IMG/VR virus record: IMGVR_UViG_3300014204_000111
Location: 128,001-192,000 of that record
From: a virus
Lineage: Duplodnaviria > Caudoviricetes
Direction: 5' to 3' (one strand)
Length of the DNA: 64,000 nt
Within the stretch, counting starts at the first letter, position 1. Each line of letters opens with the position of its first letter. Below the pieces are notes generated by a model. The model worked only from the letters and a program-made list of their open reading frames with translations. It did no database searches and was not told where the DNA came from. Positions 9,668 to 20,100 of this stretch are shown here, piece after piece. The position numbers and the translations under genes are program-made.

Positions 9668-9676
9668 GGGTAAAAT
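9668..9676 (+). promoter_or_regulatory. GGG-TAAAAT promoter, leadered
   Basis: same motif; GAGG RBS before ATG 9693. Confidence 0.6.
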
Positions 9677-9692
9677 AAAATAGAGGTTTTCA

Positions 9693-9926
9693 ATGAGACA
9701 ACAAAGAATGATTAACTTTACTGCATCTGACTACTTGTTAGTCGATGTTGATGAAGTCAATGATGATACATATGATTATTATGGTTATGTTAAAGCCGCT
9801 GCTAATGATTGGTATATTGTAAGAGTAGACAAATATGGTGCTACTTTGAGATATGCTAAAGAGTCTTCTGGTTATGCTATTGCTTGGGAAGCTAGAGTCA
9901 GTCAAAGTTATGGATACCCAGGCTAG
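9693..9926 (+). CDS. small aromatic-rich protein, possibly structural
   Basis: YYGY...WYIVRV...RYA...AWEAR. Confidence 0.6.
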   Translation: MRQQRMINFTASDYLLVDVDEVNDDTYDYYGYVKAAANDWYIVRVDKYGATLRYAKESSGYAIAWEARVSQSYGYPG

Positions 9927-9929
9927 TAT

Positions 9930-10847
9930 ATGAAAGATTGTTTACTTGTTGGGTCAATTGGAAGTTTAAAAGCTGCTGCTTTAACAATAGGAACGTTTTA
10001 TGCCCTTCAAAGTGAGGGATATAATATCATTGGAATGACTGGAGCAAGTGGAGGTTCTTTACCTTTACCATTGCTAGGTCAAAACTTACCAATGAATCAG
10101 GTAATCGATATTTTTAAGAAAATTCCTGGTGACTCTATACTTGATATGGATATCACTCAACAAGGGATAGATTGGATACGAAAAAAGTTTGGTATTCCTC
10201 GTAAAGGAGATAAGCCTTTTACTGGTTTATATAGAGGTAATGCATTAAGACAAACACTTTTGAAGATGTATAAAGAGAATAATGCACAAACATTTGAAAG
10301 CGCTAAAATACCGTTTCTTGTTGTTGCGACAAAAATTGCAGTAGCCAGAGATAGAGTAACAAACGACTCTTCAGTGTTTTTGAATGCAGTTACTCATCCT
10401 AGACATACAATTTTTAAACAAGGAGATGTTGTTAGTCCAATAAGAGGCTCTACCGCTATCCCTCTAGTCTTCAAAGAAGAAGAGATAAATGGAGAATTGT
10501 ATTTAGACGGAGGTATTGTAGACGCTATACCAATTTTACCTGCATTGCAACATTTTGGCCCTTATGATGTATTTATAGCAGATGCTGCTTCAACTATTTC
10601 AGAAGAACCACTATATGCAGACGAAGTAGATTCAGTCATTGAAATTATGATTGCTACTATCTATACGATGTTTAGAGACGCAACTTTAACGAAGATTGAG
10701 GACGCCCTCAAAATCTTAAGTCTTCACAATAAAAATATGTATAGAATTAGAGCAAATATTAAAATCAAAATGACAGAAACTGAAAAAATGAGTGAAGCAA
10801 TATTAGAAAGTTATTATACTGCTAAGGCAACAATTAAGGCGATATAA
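9930..10847 (+). CDS. patatin-like phospholipase
   Basis: GASGG (GxSxG), STAIP, YLDGGI catalytic Asp motif. Confidence 0.85.
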   Translation: MKDCLLVGSIGSLKAAALTIGTFYALQSEGYNIIGMTGASGGSLPLPLLGQNLPMNQVIDIFKKIPGDSILDMDITQQGIDWIRKKFGIPRKGDKPFTGLYRGNALRQTLLKMYKENNAQTFESAKIPFLVVATKIAVARDRVTNDSSVFLNAVTHPRHTIFKQGDVVSPIRGSTAIPLVFKEEEINGELYLDGGIVDAIPILPALQHFGPYDVFIADAASTISEEPLYADEVDSVIEIMIATIYTMFRDATLTKIEDALKILSLHNKNMYRIRANIKIKMTETEKMSEAILESYYTAKATIKAI

Positions 10848-10904
10848 TATATATCGAGATAAATTTACGCATTTTATTGATAATAATAGTACTAAGGAAT
10901 AATT

Positions 10905-11729
10905 TTGCAAGATATAGTTTTAACTGACCAAGAGATAGAATCTTTGATGTCTAGTAATTACGTCAAAGTTAATAATTATGAACAGTATTTTGAAAATGAA
11001 TATATTAAAACAGACAATTATTTATTAAAATATAGTAATGATGAACTTAAAATATGTCCTATCCAATTTAAAACTAAATTTCCAATCAAAATTCCCCAAA
11101 ATAACTATCCTTATTTAGCTGTAGTTAACGCTTGTATTGACCCAGCTATCCCGCTTGTTTGTATAGAAGGAAAAGCGGGAACAGGAAAAAGTTCTTCCGC
11201 CGTTGCTTCACTAATGTATTTATGGGATAAAACTCCTGAATTAAGAGCTATTTTAGTAAAAGAAAATATCTTATCTACAGCTAATGGATTAGGATATTTA
11301 AAAGGTACACTTGATGAAAAAAAGAAACCTATTTTTGAATATATTAATTCTGTATTAGAATTTACTAATAATACTAAATCTAAGTCATCTATTAAAGTAG
11401 ATGATTTTGAGCTACAAACTTTAGCATTTTTATTAGGTACAACTTTTTATAAATCTTATATTATTGTAGATGAGGCCCAAAACTTAACTCCTCAAAATAT
11501 AGATTTATTAGTTACAAGAGTTGGAAAAGGAAGCAAAATGATATTATTAGGAGATAGTGACCAAAATTATAATAAAACATATAAGGGAGATAATGGTTTA
11601 GTCTATCTTCGTAAAGTTATGCAAGGAAGTAAGCTTTTTGCTTCTATCGAATTAACCGATTGTTCTTTACGTTCTGCTTTGGTGGAAGAATTTTTAACAA
11701 GAAAAAATAATTACCAACAATATGGGTAA
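10905..11729 (+). CDS. phoH: PhoH-family ATPase
   Basis: GKAGTGKS, LGYLKG, IIVDEAQN, TRVGKGSK, GDSDQ, RSALV. Confidence 0.9.
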   Translation: MQDIVLTDQEIESLMSSNYVKVNNYEQYFENEYIKTDNYLLKYSNDELKICPIQFKTKFPIKIPQNNYPYLAVVNACIDPAIPLVCIEGKAGTGKSSSAVASLMYLWDKTPELRAILVKENILSTANGLGYLKGTLDEKKKPIFEYINSVLEFTNNTKSKSSIKVDDFELQTLAFLLGTTFYKSYIIVDEAQNLTPQNIDLLVTRVGKGSKMILLGDSDQNYNKTYKGDNGLVYLRKVMQGSKLFASIELTDCSLRSALVEEFLTRKNNYQQYG

Positions 11730-11740
11730 CATATTACATG
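11724..11740 (+). promoter_or_regulatory. leaderless promoter GGG-TAACAT-N5-ATG
   Basis: recurrent motif, no RBS. Confidence 0.65.
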
Positions 11741-12454
11741 TTACAAAATTCTACCATAGATAGTGCAACAAATAATATTCAAGATTTAACTCAGAGTACT
11801 GACCAACAAGTTACTCAGAATACTGCTGAAGTAACTAAAGAATATGGATTACAGTGGATTCAAAATGAATCTTTTGCAGTTGCAACTGCTGCGGTATTTG
11901 TGTGTTTAATTGTAACAATTGTACTTATTCTTTTAACAACAACTATTTCTGGAATTTCAGGAAGATTAAATAGTATTACTGCTGAAATAAAAAAGCTTAA
12001 AGAAACAGATTTAGAATTTTTAAAACAGACTTTTAATAATACAGCAGACCAACTTAAAACTATTATCAGTCAATTTACTCAAACTACTTTATCTTCTGCC
12101 TCTACAGAACATGCAAGAGTAGAAACTATTTTAACTAAAAAAGTTGATGATATTAATTTATTAACACAAAAGTTAATAGATAGCAAAGATGAGGCGATGA
12201 AAGGGGCTGGAGAAAGAGAATCAAGAATTATTAAAGCTATTACTGATAATCATAATTATACAATGGAAAGTAATGCTCAAATTGCTTCACATTTAGCAGC
12301 TACTACATCTAAAGTTGCTGCTGATTTAGCAAGCTACAATGCTTCAACCCTTGTGGAACTTGGAGAGTTGGGTAAAGATATCGCTAAAACCTTAACTGTC
12401 TTAAATATATTAGTTAAAAAGCAGCTTAATGGAGATACTGATAATGTCAAATAA
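11738..12454 (+). CDS. single-pass membrane protein with coiled coil
   Basis: one hydrophobic helix then a heptad-rich region. Confidence 0.65.
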   Translation: MLQNSTIDSATNNIQDLTQSTDQQVTQNTAEVTKEYGLQWIQNESFAVATAAVFVCLIVTIVLILLTTTISGISGRLNSITAEIKKLKETDLEFLKQTFNNTADQLKTIISQFTQTTLSSASTEHARVETILTKKVDDINLLTQKLIDSKDEAMKGAGERESRIIKAITDNHNYTMESNAQIASHLAATTSKVAADLASYNASTLVELGELGKDIAKTLTVLNILVKKQLNGDTDNVK

Positions 12455-12620
12455 AGTCCTTGATGATAGCAAAAAGGCTCTTAAAAAAGCTTTAGTAGAA
12501 CTGCAAATCACAGCAGCTCAGTTATATTTATTTCAACAAGGTAAAACTAAAGAAGAAGCAAAGAAATTAGTTAGAACTATTAAAGATGCTGAACTAATTT
12601 TGTTACAAGCTGAAAAATAA
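12444..12620 (+). CDS. small helical protein
   Basis: GGAG RBS favours ATG 12444. Confidence 0.55.
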   Translation: MSNKVLDDSKKALKKALVELQITAAQLYLFQQGKTKEEAKKLVRTIKDAELILLQAEK

Positions 12621-13127
12621 ATGTTATTGGCACTTGACCCTAGTTTAAAAGGTTTTGGCTATTGTTATAAATTAAATAATGAATTGATTTATGGTACGTT
12701 AAAGTCAACCAGTTTATCTTGTATTAGAGATTTTTTGGTATCTTTAAATAGTATTACATATATTGTTCGTGAAGGTTATGCTTTTGGTTTTCATAACTCA
12801 GGATTTACAAAAATAGTTGAAATTGGTGGAGTAATTAAATTAATTGCTTCTGATAAGAATGTTCCGGTTCTCGATATTGCTCCTACAACTTTAAAATCAC
12901 TTATTACTGGAAATGGGAAAGCTTCAAAAAATGATGTTATAAATATAACGAGTAAAGTAACACAAAGCGTTATAATAGATGATAACATAAGTGACGCAAT
13001 AGCTCTTTATCTTTGCGGTGAAGCTTATATAGATTATATACAAAAAATGCAAATTAAATTTGGTTCTATTACTGTTGCTTCAGTAAATAAAGAGCTTAGA
13101 TACATATTACAAACAAAAGGAGTATAA
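12621..13127 (+). CDS. ruvC: RuvC-like Holliday junction resolvase
   Basis: LALDPSL-GFG, VREGY, PTTLKSLITGNGKASK, DNISDAIA. Confidence 0.85.
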   Translation: MLLALDPSLKGFGYCYKLNNELIYGTLKSTSLSCIRDFLVSLNSITYIVREGYAFGFHNSGFTKIVEIGGVIKLIASDKNVPVLDIAPTTLKSLITGNGKASKNDVINITSKVTQSVIIDDNISDAIALYLCGEAYIDYIQKMQIKFGSITVASVNKELRYILQTKGV

Positions 13128-13128
13128 A

Positions 13129-13371
13129 TTGGCCTGCAATAGCTGTGGAAGTTCTAAATCTAAATTTGAAATATATTTGACTGTTGATGGAAGAGAATTT
13201 TATGTCGGGCCAAGACCTCTTTATACATTTTTACGTTCTATAGCTCATCTTTTTGAAGAGAATATTGAGTATGAATTTATCCACGAGAACAAACAAACTG
13301 GTGGAAAAATGAATGGTAAATTACATTTTTTGAATAAAATTCCATATATTAATAATCGTAGGTTAATTTAA
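13129..13371 (+). CDS. hypothetical protein with N-terminal CxxC
   Basis: TTG start after GGAG; MACNSCG. Confidence 0.65.
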   Translation: MACNSCGSSKSKFEIYLTVDGREFYVGPRPLYTFLRSIAHLFEENIEYEFIHENKQTGGKMNGKLHFLNKIPYINNRRLI

Positions 13372-13949
13372 TGGCTCATAAAGCTTCGTCCTTTCAAATT
13401 TTGCCTATTAATGAATATAAAACAGTACTGAAACCAGAAATTAGTGCTCATCAAAATTATAGAATTTTTCCTACATTTATGAATGTTAGGGAACTTCCTG
13501 TTTCAGATTATGACTCTGCTATTGCTGGAGGAGATATGATTGTTAATCCACTTCAGCCAACCACTCTACAACATACTATTAACGCTTATTATTTTAGCCC
13601 TGTTTTTACTTATAATGGACTTGAATTTAGATTTTATTTTTCTCATGGACAAAAACTCTTATATAAAAGAGGTTTAACTAGACATGAGACATATCAATAT
13701 AGATTATTATCTGAACCTAAATACGAGATATGGGAAGTAGATGCAAATGGTTCTATATATATATTAGCAAATGTTTTAGATAAATTAGAGATACAAGTAG
13801 CATTAGACAATTACGAAATAACAGTAAAAGTACCTAATAATAATTTGCATTATTATTGTATTGATGATATTCCTTTTGCATTTCCATTTTCAAACTATAC
13901 TGCCACTGTTAAATGGCATCTTCCTGATATGGGAGGAACTATTAAATAA
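13371..13949 (+). CDS. hypothetical protein
   Basis: coupled ORF, 192 aa. Confidence 0.7.
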   Translation: MAHKASSFQILPINEYKTVLKPEISAHQNYRIFPTFMNVRELPVSDYDSAIAGGDMIVNPLQPTTLQHTINAYYFSPVFTYNGLEFRFYFSHGQKLLYKRGLTRHETYQYRLLSEPKYEIWEVDANGSIYILANVLDKLEIQVALDNYEITVKVPNNNLHYYCIDDIPFAFPFSNYTATVKWHLPDMGGTIK

Positions 13950-15565
13950 TGCTATGTCGAAAAACACAAAGATTAACTTCAATTGGTGGATTAACTTCTA
14001 GAACAACAACTCCTACATTAGGAGTTCTTGATGTTTTAAATCAGAGAGACGCTAAAAGTTACGAATCTTTACCCACAATTAGTATTGGTAATAATCCGTG
14101 GCAACTACCATTTGTTTTGCCTCATTTAGATTTATTTGAAGTAACTTTAGATTTAGGAAAATCTCGTATTATCTATTCTTTAGAATATGATTCTGCATCT
14201 AAAACTTCCACAGGAAGTACTATAGGGTCTTTACCTGACCAACAATCTTTGTCAACTTCTGGGGGTTCTTGTCCAATAGATAGTCCAATGCCTTTGCCTC
14301 AAAGTGAATATTATGGACGTGACCCAATTATTCGTGTAAAAAAGAAAATTTCTATTGATTGTGATACTTTTCCTGAATTATATGCGGAATTTTTAACAGG
14401 AGGAGATAGTCAATCTGTTTTATTAGGATATCCTACTAATTTTACTGGCAAATATTTAGAAACATTTTTTATGACATATATTATTGGAGATAGTATTCCA
14501 AGAGATGTTCCTGAAATTAATTTTTGTTATAAAAATATTCCATTATGTATGACATCAGCTCAACAAGAACAAGGAATTAATACCGATATAACTAGTGGCC
14601 CTTATTCTATGAGTGGCTATCCCTCTGCTAGATATCCCGTTGCTCTTCAGGGAGTAACAATAACTCAAGATAGAGTTAAATATAATATAACTATAGATGG
14701 TAAACCTTATTCTTATACTGATAGTAGAACTGATGATGATATTCCTTTAACATCCAATAAGATTAAACCTTTACACTTTCCAGTTGTCCATCCTGAAATG
14801 TTAGAAGATTTAGATAGATTAACAGAAGTAGTGCAAAGAATAGGTTCTTCACAACCATCTGGTTCTACTTTAGTCGAAAGTCCTCATATTAATGAACCAG
14901 GAGGAAAAGAGTCTGAGGGTGGAGGTATTTGTGGATTTAATCCAGATATTAGTGTAGATGATATTATCAAAGTATTAAGCATTAATTATTCTTTCTTTTC
15001 TGAAAAATTATTAGATATTTTATTTGTTAGACTTTGGTTAGCAATTGAATTTATTCTCTTTTTCTTTTGGAATATTTTTCCTTTATGTAAAGAATGGGAC
15101 TATGTAGAAGATATGGTTCTAAGAATTTTTTCTATAGACCCATTTAAAGGTGGAGGAGATTGTGTTCCAAAACCTCTTAAAACATTACTTAAATTAGTAA
15201 TAAAAGTATATAAGGTTTCAACTTGCTGTAGTATTGCAGGATTTTTAACACAACCTTTATTAAAATTAATTCCTTGTGCTATTTATCATATCGTTTGTTT
15301 TTTAAGGAAGCTAAGATATCTTTTAGTATATCTCTTTTTAATGGTTATGGCTTTTCTATATTATATCTTAATTCACGGAATTGAGGCTATATGTAATATT
15401 ATAGCTAATTTAGGTTCACCTCCTAATAATCCTCCAAAAGACGCAAACCAAGGTGATAAACAAGGTATTGATATAGCATTAAAAAAGAAAGATGCCACTC
15501 CTGTAGCTACAAATGAAAATAACGGTCTTTCTCCCAGCGCTACTAAACCAAAGTCAGATGGTTAA
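13949..15565 (+). CDS. hypothetical protein with Cys-rich hydrophobic C-terminal segments
   Basis: 538 aa; probable membrane helices near the C-terminus. Confidence 0.7.
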   Translation: MLCRKTQRLTSIGGLTSRTTTPTLGVLDVLNQRDAKSYESLPTISIGNNPWQLPFVLPHLDLFEVTLDLGKSRIIYSLEYDSASKTSTGSTIGSLPDQQSLSTSGGSCPIDSPMPLPQSEYYGRDPIIRVKKKISIDCDTFPELYAEFLTGGDSQSVLLGYPTNFTGKYLETFFMTYIIGDSIPRDVPEINFCYKNIPLCMTSAQQEQGINTDITSGPYSMSGYPSARYPVALQGVTITQDRVKYNITIDGKPYSYTDSRTDDDIPLTSNKIKPLHFPVVHPEMLEDLDRLTEVVQRIGSSQPSGSTLVESPHINEPGGKESEGGGICGFNPDISVDDIIKVLSINYSFFSEKLLDILFVRLWLAIEFILFFFWNIFPLCKEWDYVEDMVLRIFSIDPFKGGGDCVPKPLKTLLKLVIKVYKVSTCCSIAGFLTQPLLKLIPCAIYHIVCFLRKLRYLLVYLFLMVMAFLYYILIHGIEAICNIIANLGSPPNNPPKDANQGDKQGIDIALKKKDATPVATNENNGLSPSATKPKSDG

Positions 15566-15571
15566 AGAAAA

Positions 15572-15588
15572 GGGTAAACTATGATATG
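15572..15588 (+). promoter_or_regulatory. leaderless promoter GGG-TAAACT-N5-ATG
   Basis: recurrent motif heading the polyprotein operon. Confidence 0.7.
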
Positions 15589-16776
15589 CCTATCAGACAA
15601 ATTGTATCAGCAGGAACTAGATATAACCCAGGAGATTATTTTTCTCCATCTCTGAACACGCCAGAAGTTATCAATTCTATTCAACAAGTTCATAATAATG
15701 CCTTACAATCTCAAGGTAAAGTAGATTCTATAAGAAATTCTACTTTTACAGTTCCAGAAGAACACTTAAATAGAGTGAGAACTTTAATGTCTCTTCAAAA
15801 TCATTGGAGAGAAGCTGTACAGAGAATTGCTAGAAACTCTAAAAATGGTCAAATAGACCCAAGATATTTACATGCTATAGGCAAAGTATTAAATGGTTCC
15901 TTGGAGCAAAAATTAATGAATCCTGGCGAACAATTAGCTAAAACGCCTGGTTATAATTCTATTTATAATCATATGTTTGGTGTCTTTGCTGGTAAAGGTC
16001 AAATGTTAAGAGACGAGGGACATATGGCGAAAGTTTTAGATGATGAAATTAAGACATACAAACCACAACAAGTAACAGTACAACAAGCTTTTGGTGGACA
16101 ACATCCATTTCCAGAGTTTGCTCATTTAGAATCAACACCCGAAGCTAAAGTTGGTAAAGATTTTTTGAATCTTTTATCTACTCCTGTTTCTCCAGAGGCG
16201 GCAGAACTAATGAATGTAAGACGCTCAGATATGCAATCAATAGGAACTACTAGCAAAACTCTTGCTAATATGGGACTTTCTGCTTTTGGTAATGTTGCTA
16301 AACCAGGCCAATTTGCTAAAAGTGTAAGATTAGTTAGACGTTCACTCTTTACTATTAATGATTTGATGTTATATGACCCAAATAGAGCTATGGTAGAAAT
16401 TAAAAAATTGTGTGATGAAAATATTCCTCAAGAATTACATAGTCAATTTAAATTAAAAGAAATTCGTCAATTAAAAAAGGCTATTCAAGCAATATATGCT
16501 TTTAAAAATAGTACTGTACCAGTTGACCTTTTAAAAGCATGGGTAACAACTCAAACACCTATAGATATTAATGCATTACCTGAAAAAAAATATAATGAAC
16601 TTAATTCTCCTTGGAATGATGACCACGAACATTCTGCTATTAAAACTTATGTAGAAAAATTTCCAGATAGTGCTTTTATTGATGTTCTTTTATTTAGACT
16701 AGCTCTTGATGATTATGTCTCAAATAAAAAACAAGTATCAGAAGCTAATATGGAAGTTGGAGGATTAGATGAATAA
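15586..16776 (+). CDS. hypothetical protein, possibly internal virion protein
   Basis: 396 aa; FAKS, LKKA, LLKA motifs. Confidence 0.65.
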   Translation: MPIRQIVSAGTRYNPGDYFSPSLNTPEVINSIQQVHNNALQSQGKVDSIRNSTFTVPEEHLNRVRTLMSLQNHWREAVQRIARNSKNGQIDPRYLHAIGKVLNGSLEQKLMNPGEQLAKTPGYNSIYNHMFGVFAGKGQMLRDEGHMAKVLDDEIKTYKPQQVTVQQAFGGQHPFPEFAHLESTPEAKVGKDFLNLLSTPVSPEAAELMNVRRSDMQSIGTTSKTLANMGLSAFGNVAKPGQFAKSVRLVRRSLFTINDLMLYDPNRAMVEIKKLCDENIPQELHSQFKLKEIRQLKKAIQAIYAFKNSTVPVDLLKAWVTTQTPIDINALPEKKYNELNSPWNDDHEHSAIKTYVEKFPDSAFIDVLLFRLALDDYVSNKKQVSEANMEVGGLDE

Positions 16777-17170
16777 TCTTATTCTGCTCTATAGGAAACC
16801 ATTTGGTGACGAGTATGTTTCTGCGGATAGTCTTTTTGATGGTAAGTATAATATATATGAATTATTAGATATGTTTCCTGAAGCTTATCTTTTATTGGTT
16901 AATGATACAACAGAATATAACTTAGAACAAGTAATTAATAGAACTCGTTTAAATCAATATTTTAAAGTTGACGATAAAAATGAAATGCCTTGTGTTAATT
17001 GTAAGGCTGGAAATCCTGTAGATAGAGAATATTGCTATAAATGTGGTTATAAAAATAAATATTATAGTGTTACTAAATTTCTTAGTGACTCTTTTAGTAA
17101 AGCAATGTCTACAAAATATTATGTACTTTATGAATTTTGGGAAGACCAAAGACACAGAAGTATAATCTAA
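16769..17170 (+). CDS. zinc-ribbon protein
   Basis: CVNC...CYKCG. Confidence 0.65.
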   Translation: MNNLILLYRKPFGDEYVSADSLFDGKYNIYELLDMFPEAYLLLVNDTTEYNLEQVINRTRLNQYFKVDDKNEMPCVNCKAGNPVDREYCYKCGYKNKYYSVTKFLSDSFSKAMSTKYYVLYEFWEDQRHRSII

Positions 17171-17181
17171 GAGGATTGATA

Positions 17182-20100
17182 ATGACTCCAGAAGAATTAA
17201 TTGCTGCTAGACAATCTGTTCTTGACTCTTTACAAACATTTAGAAAAGAGAATAATCTTAGTCCGGTTTTAGACCCTAGGGGAGAGACTCCAGAAACTAG
17301 AAACACGCATAATATACAAAATATTTACCAACAAACACGTTATGGGCAAGAATATAGACATCCAGATAATCCATTTTTCCCTCCTGCTAATGAAGAAGAT
17401 TTTGGTCATGGAGGATTTGCTCCAGCATTAACACCAGAAGAAGAAGAGAAAATAAATATAAATGATACTTCTGAAACAGATTTACCTAATAATAATAGTA
17501 ATTTTTTATTTCCACAAGAATCTGTCAATCCTGAGATAAATAAAAAATGGAACGAGTACCAAAATAATATAAAAACAAGTAATATAGCTAAAATACATCG
17601 TTTAAACAAAAAACCATATGAACATCCTGATGAAACAATGTATCTAGGTGGAGAAAACTGGTCTCATGGAGGAATAAAAGATTTTATTCAACCATTAGAT
17701 GAAGGTATTTCCTCTTTATTTGATAAAATTACTTTTTCTAGAGATAATATAGAGAGAAACAAAGCAATAACAGAAAAATCTCCTCGATTTAATTCTAAAA
17801 AATTAATGCCAGAAACAGCTAATGCCTGGAGTAATTTTATAACTTCTCTTAAAATTCCTCATGGCGGAGATAATAATATTAATTTAAAAGAATTATTGAA
17901 AGAGACGGGATATGTTCACGGTCAATTAAATCCTGAAACAAAAGAAATATCTTGGAATGCAATACCTGAAAAAAAAGCGTGGACTCATAGTGATTTAACT
18001 AGAGAAATACCAGGAATAGTTTTAGGTGGTATACAAGGTATTGTACATCCTAAAACAAAAAAAGAACATTTAAATATTTCTTGGGTTGGTACTCCAGAAC
18101 ATTTAAGAAATCAAGGATTTGCTACTACATTAGAAACAGAAGCACATAAATTAGCAAAACAATCTGGATATGGAGGGCTATATTCTGATGAACAATTACA
18201 TCCTGAATTTACAAAACCAATTCATCAAAAACTAGGTAAACCATATACTCATTGGGGTAAAGAAGAATATTTCGGACATGGCGGAATGAAAGAAGATTAC
18301 ACTCATGTAGGTAATTATATAGGAGAAGTATTCAAACAACATCCAGATAGGAATATAGCTATTACACGCTTAAAAGATGAAGGTGTTATTAGTGGTAATC
18401 CTTCTTCTGGAAAAGATAAACAAGTATACTCTTTAAATACATTTTTACATCCTGAAACAGGCGATATTCAGCGTTTTAGAGGTGGAGTGCTTAAAGTAGT
18501 TCATCCTAATCAAGGTAGATATGCACAAGATGCTATGTTGGAAGAAGTTACTTCTTCTCAATTATATCCTAATGTAACTGTACCTGTTCATGCATATGAT
18601 AATCATAATTATAATTGGGCAATTGCGGATAAAGTAAAGCCTTTAATTTCTGGGTCAAGAGAGTATATTTTTGGGCAAGACCCAGATATGACAAGTTCAC
18701 AAAAATATGATGCAAATCGAAGAATAGAAGAAGGACAATCAAAATTAGAGGATTATTTAAATCGTTCTAGTCCAGAATTTTTACAAGAAATTTCTAAGAT
18801 AGGTGTTAAACCAGCAGAAACAGAGTGGGCTGCTAATTGGGGTATAACACCTGTTAGAAATGAACAAGGAAATGTTGTTAGAGACCCAAGAACCAAAAGA
18901 ACTCTTAAGAAGTTAGTCTTATTAGATTCTTCAAGAGCTGGACTAAATAAAGCTGTTCCTACTCCAGAAGAGATGATGAACACTATGTATGGACAAACTT
19001 TTGAAAAACTCCAAGAATTACAATTAATTGGTAAAAAACCTCTTGGAGAAGGAATGAGAAGAGTAGTATATCCTACTGCTAATCCAGGTATTGTTGCTAA
19101 AAGAGCAAAAATAAGTCCATCTGGTAAGGCTCATGTAGGAATGAACAATAATGGTGATGAAAGAAATAAATATTTAACTTTAAAAAATCAAGGATTAGAT
19201 AAACATGTAGCCGAAGTTTATGGATTAGTTCCTATTAAAGATAATAACATTCTTTTGCAAGAAAGAGTGCGTCCAATAGATATGGGAATTAAAGATGACG
19301 ATAAAATTTATGAAAAATATAACAAGCTTATTTCACCAGATATGCAAGATTTTTTTACTAATAGATTAGGAATTAATGATATTCATCCAGGAAATATGGG
19401 GATTAAAAAAGATAAAGAGACTGGAGAAAAATATCCTGTAGCTATTGATATTCCTAATAATATGGGTCATGGTGGAGAGAAATATGTTGGTCGAGATTAT
19501 GATAAAGTTTTAGAATGGCTAGAGAATACTCCGCGTGATGAAGTTACGGCACAATTAAAACCATTAGGTAGTGGTAGACATAGAGCAGTATATGCTTTTC
19601 CTAATAAATTTGCTAAAGAGCAATTTGGAGATATTTATCCAGAAATTGTATATAAAGACCCTGTGGCGTATCAAGGAACTCCTGCTAACGAAAGAGAAAT
19701 GAGAAATTGGCAACAATTAAAAGAACAGGGGAAGGCAGAATTAGCCGCTCCTGTTGTTGCACAAGCAAGATTAAAAGGTGGATATAGAGTAGGTATTTTA
19801 CAGAGAAGAATTAATCCTTTTCATGGTGATAAAGCCTTTGGTCAAAATACTCCGTGGGAAAGAGATGAAGAATTCACAAACGCAGGACTTAAAGATAGAG
19901 TTGGTTTTAATTTTGGTTTAACTAGAGTAATGCCAGATGGTTCATTAGGACAAAAAAGAACAGTGCAACATGATATAGCAGGTGCTCTTAACAAGGCAAT
20001 TAATGATTATGATGAAGTTGGAAATTTAATTAGAAATTCTAAACTAGAACAATTCAGTTCAATGCTCAAATTTATGGGACGAGAAGGTAAAGATAGAAGG

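Noticed and set aside
11738-12454. Holin assignment
   Set aside because: Only one TM helix and no adjacent endolysin; not supportable
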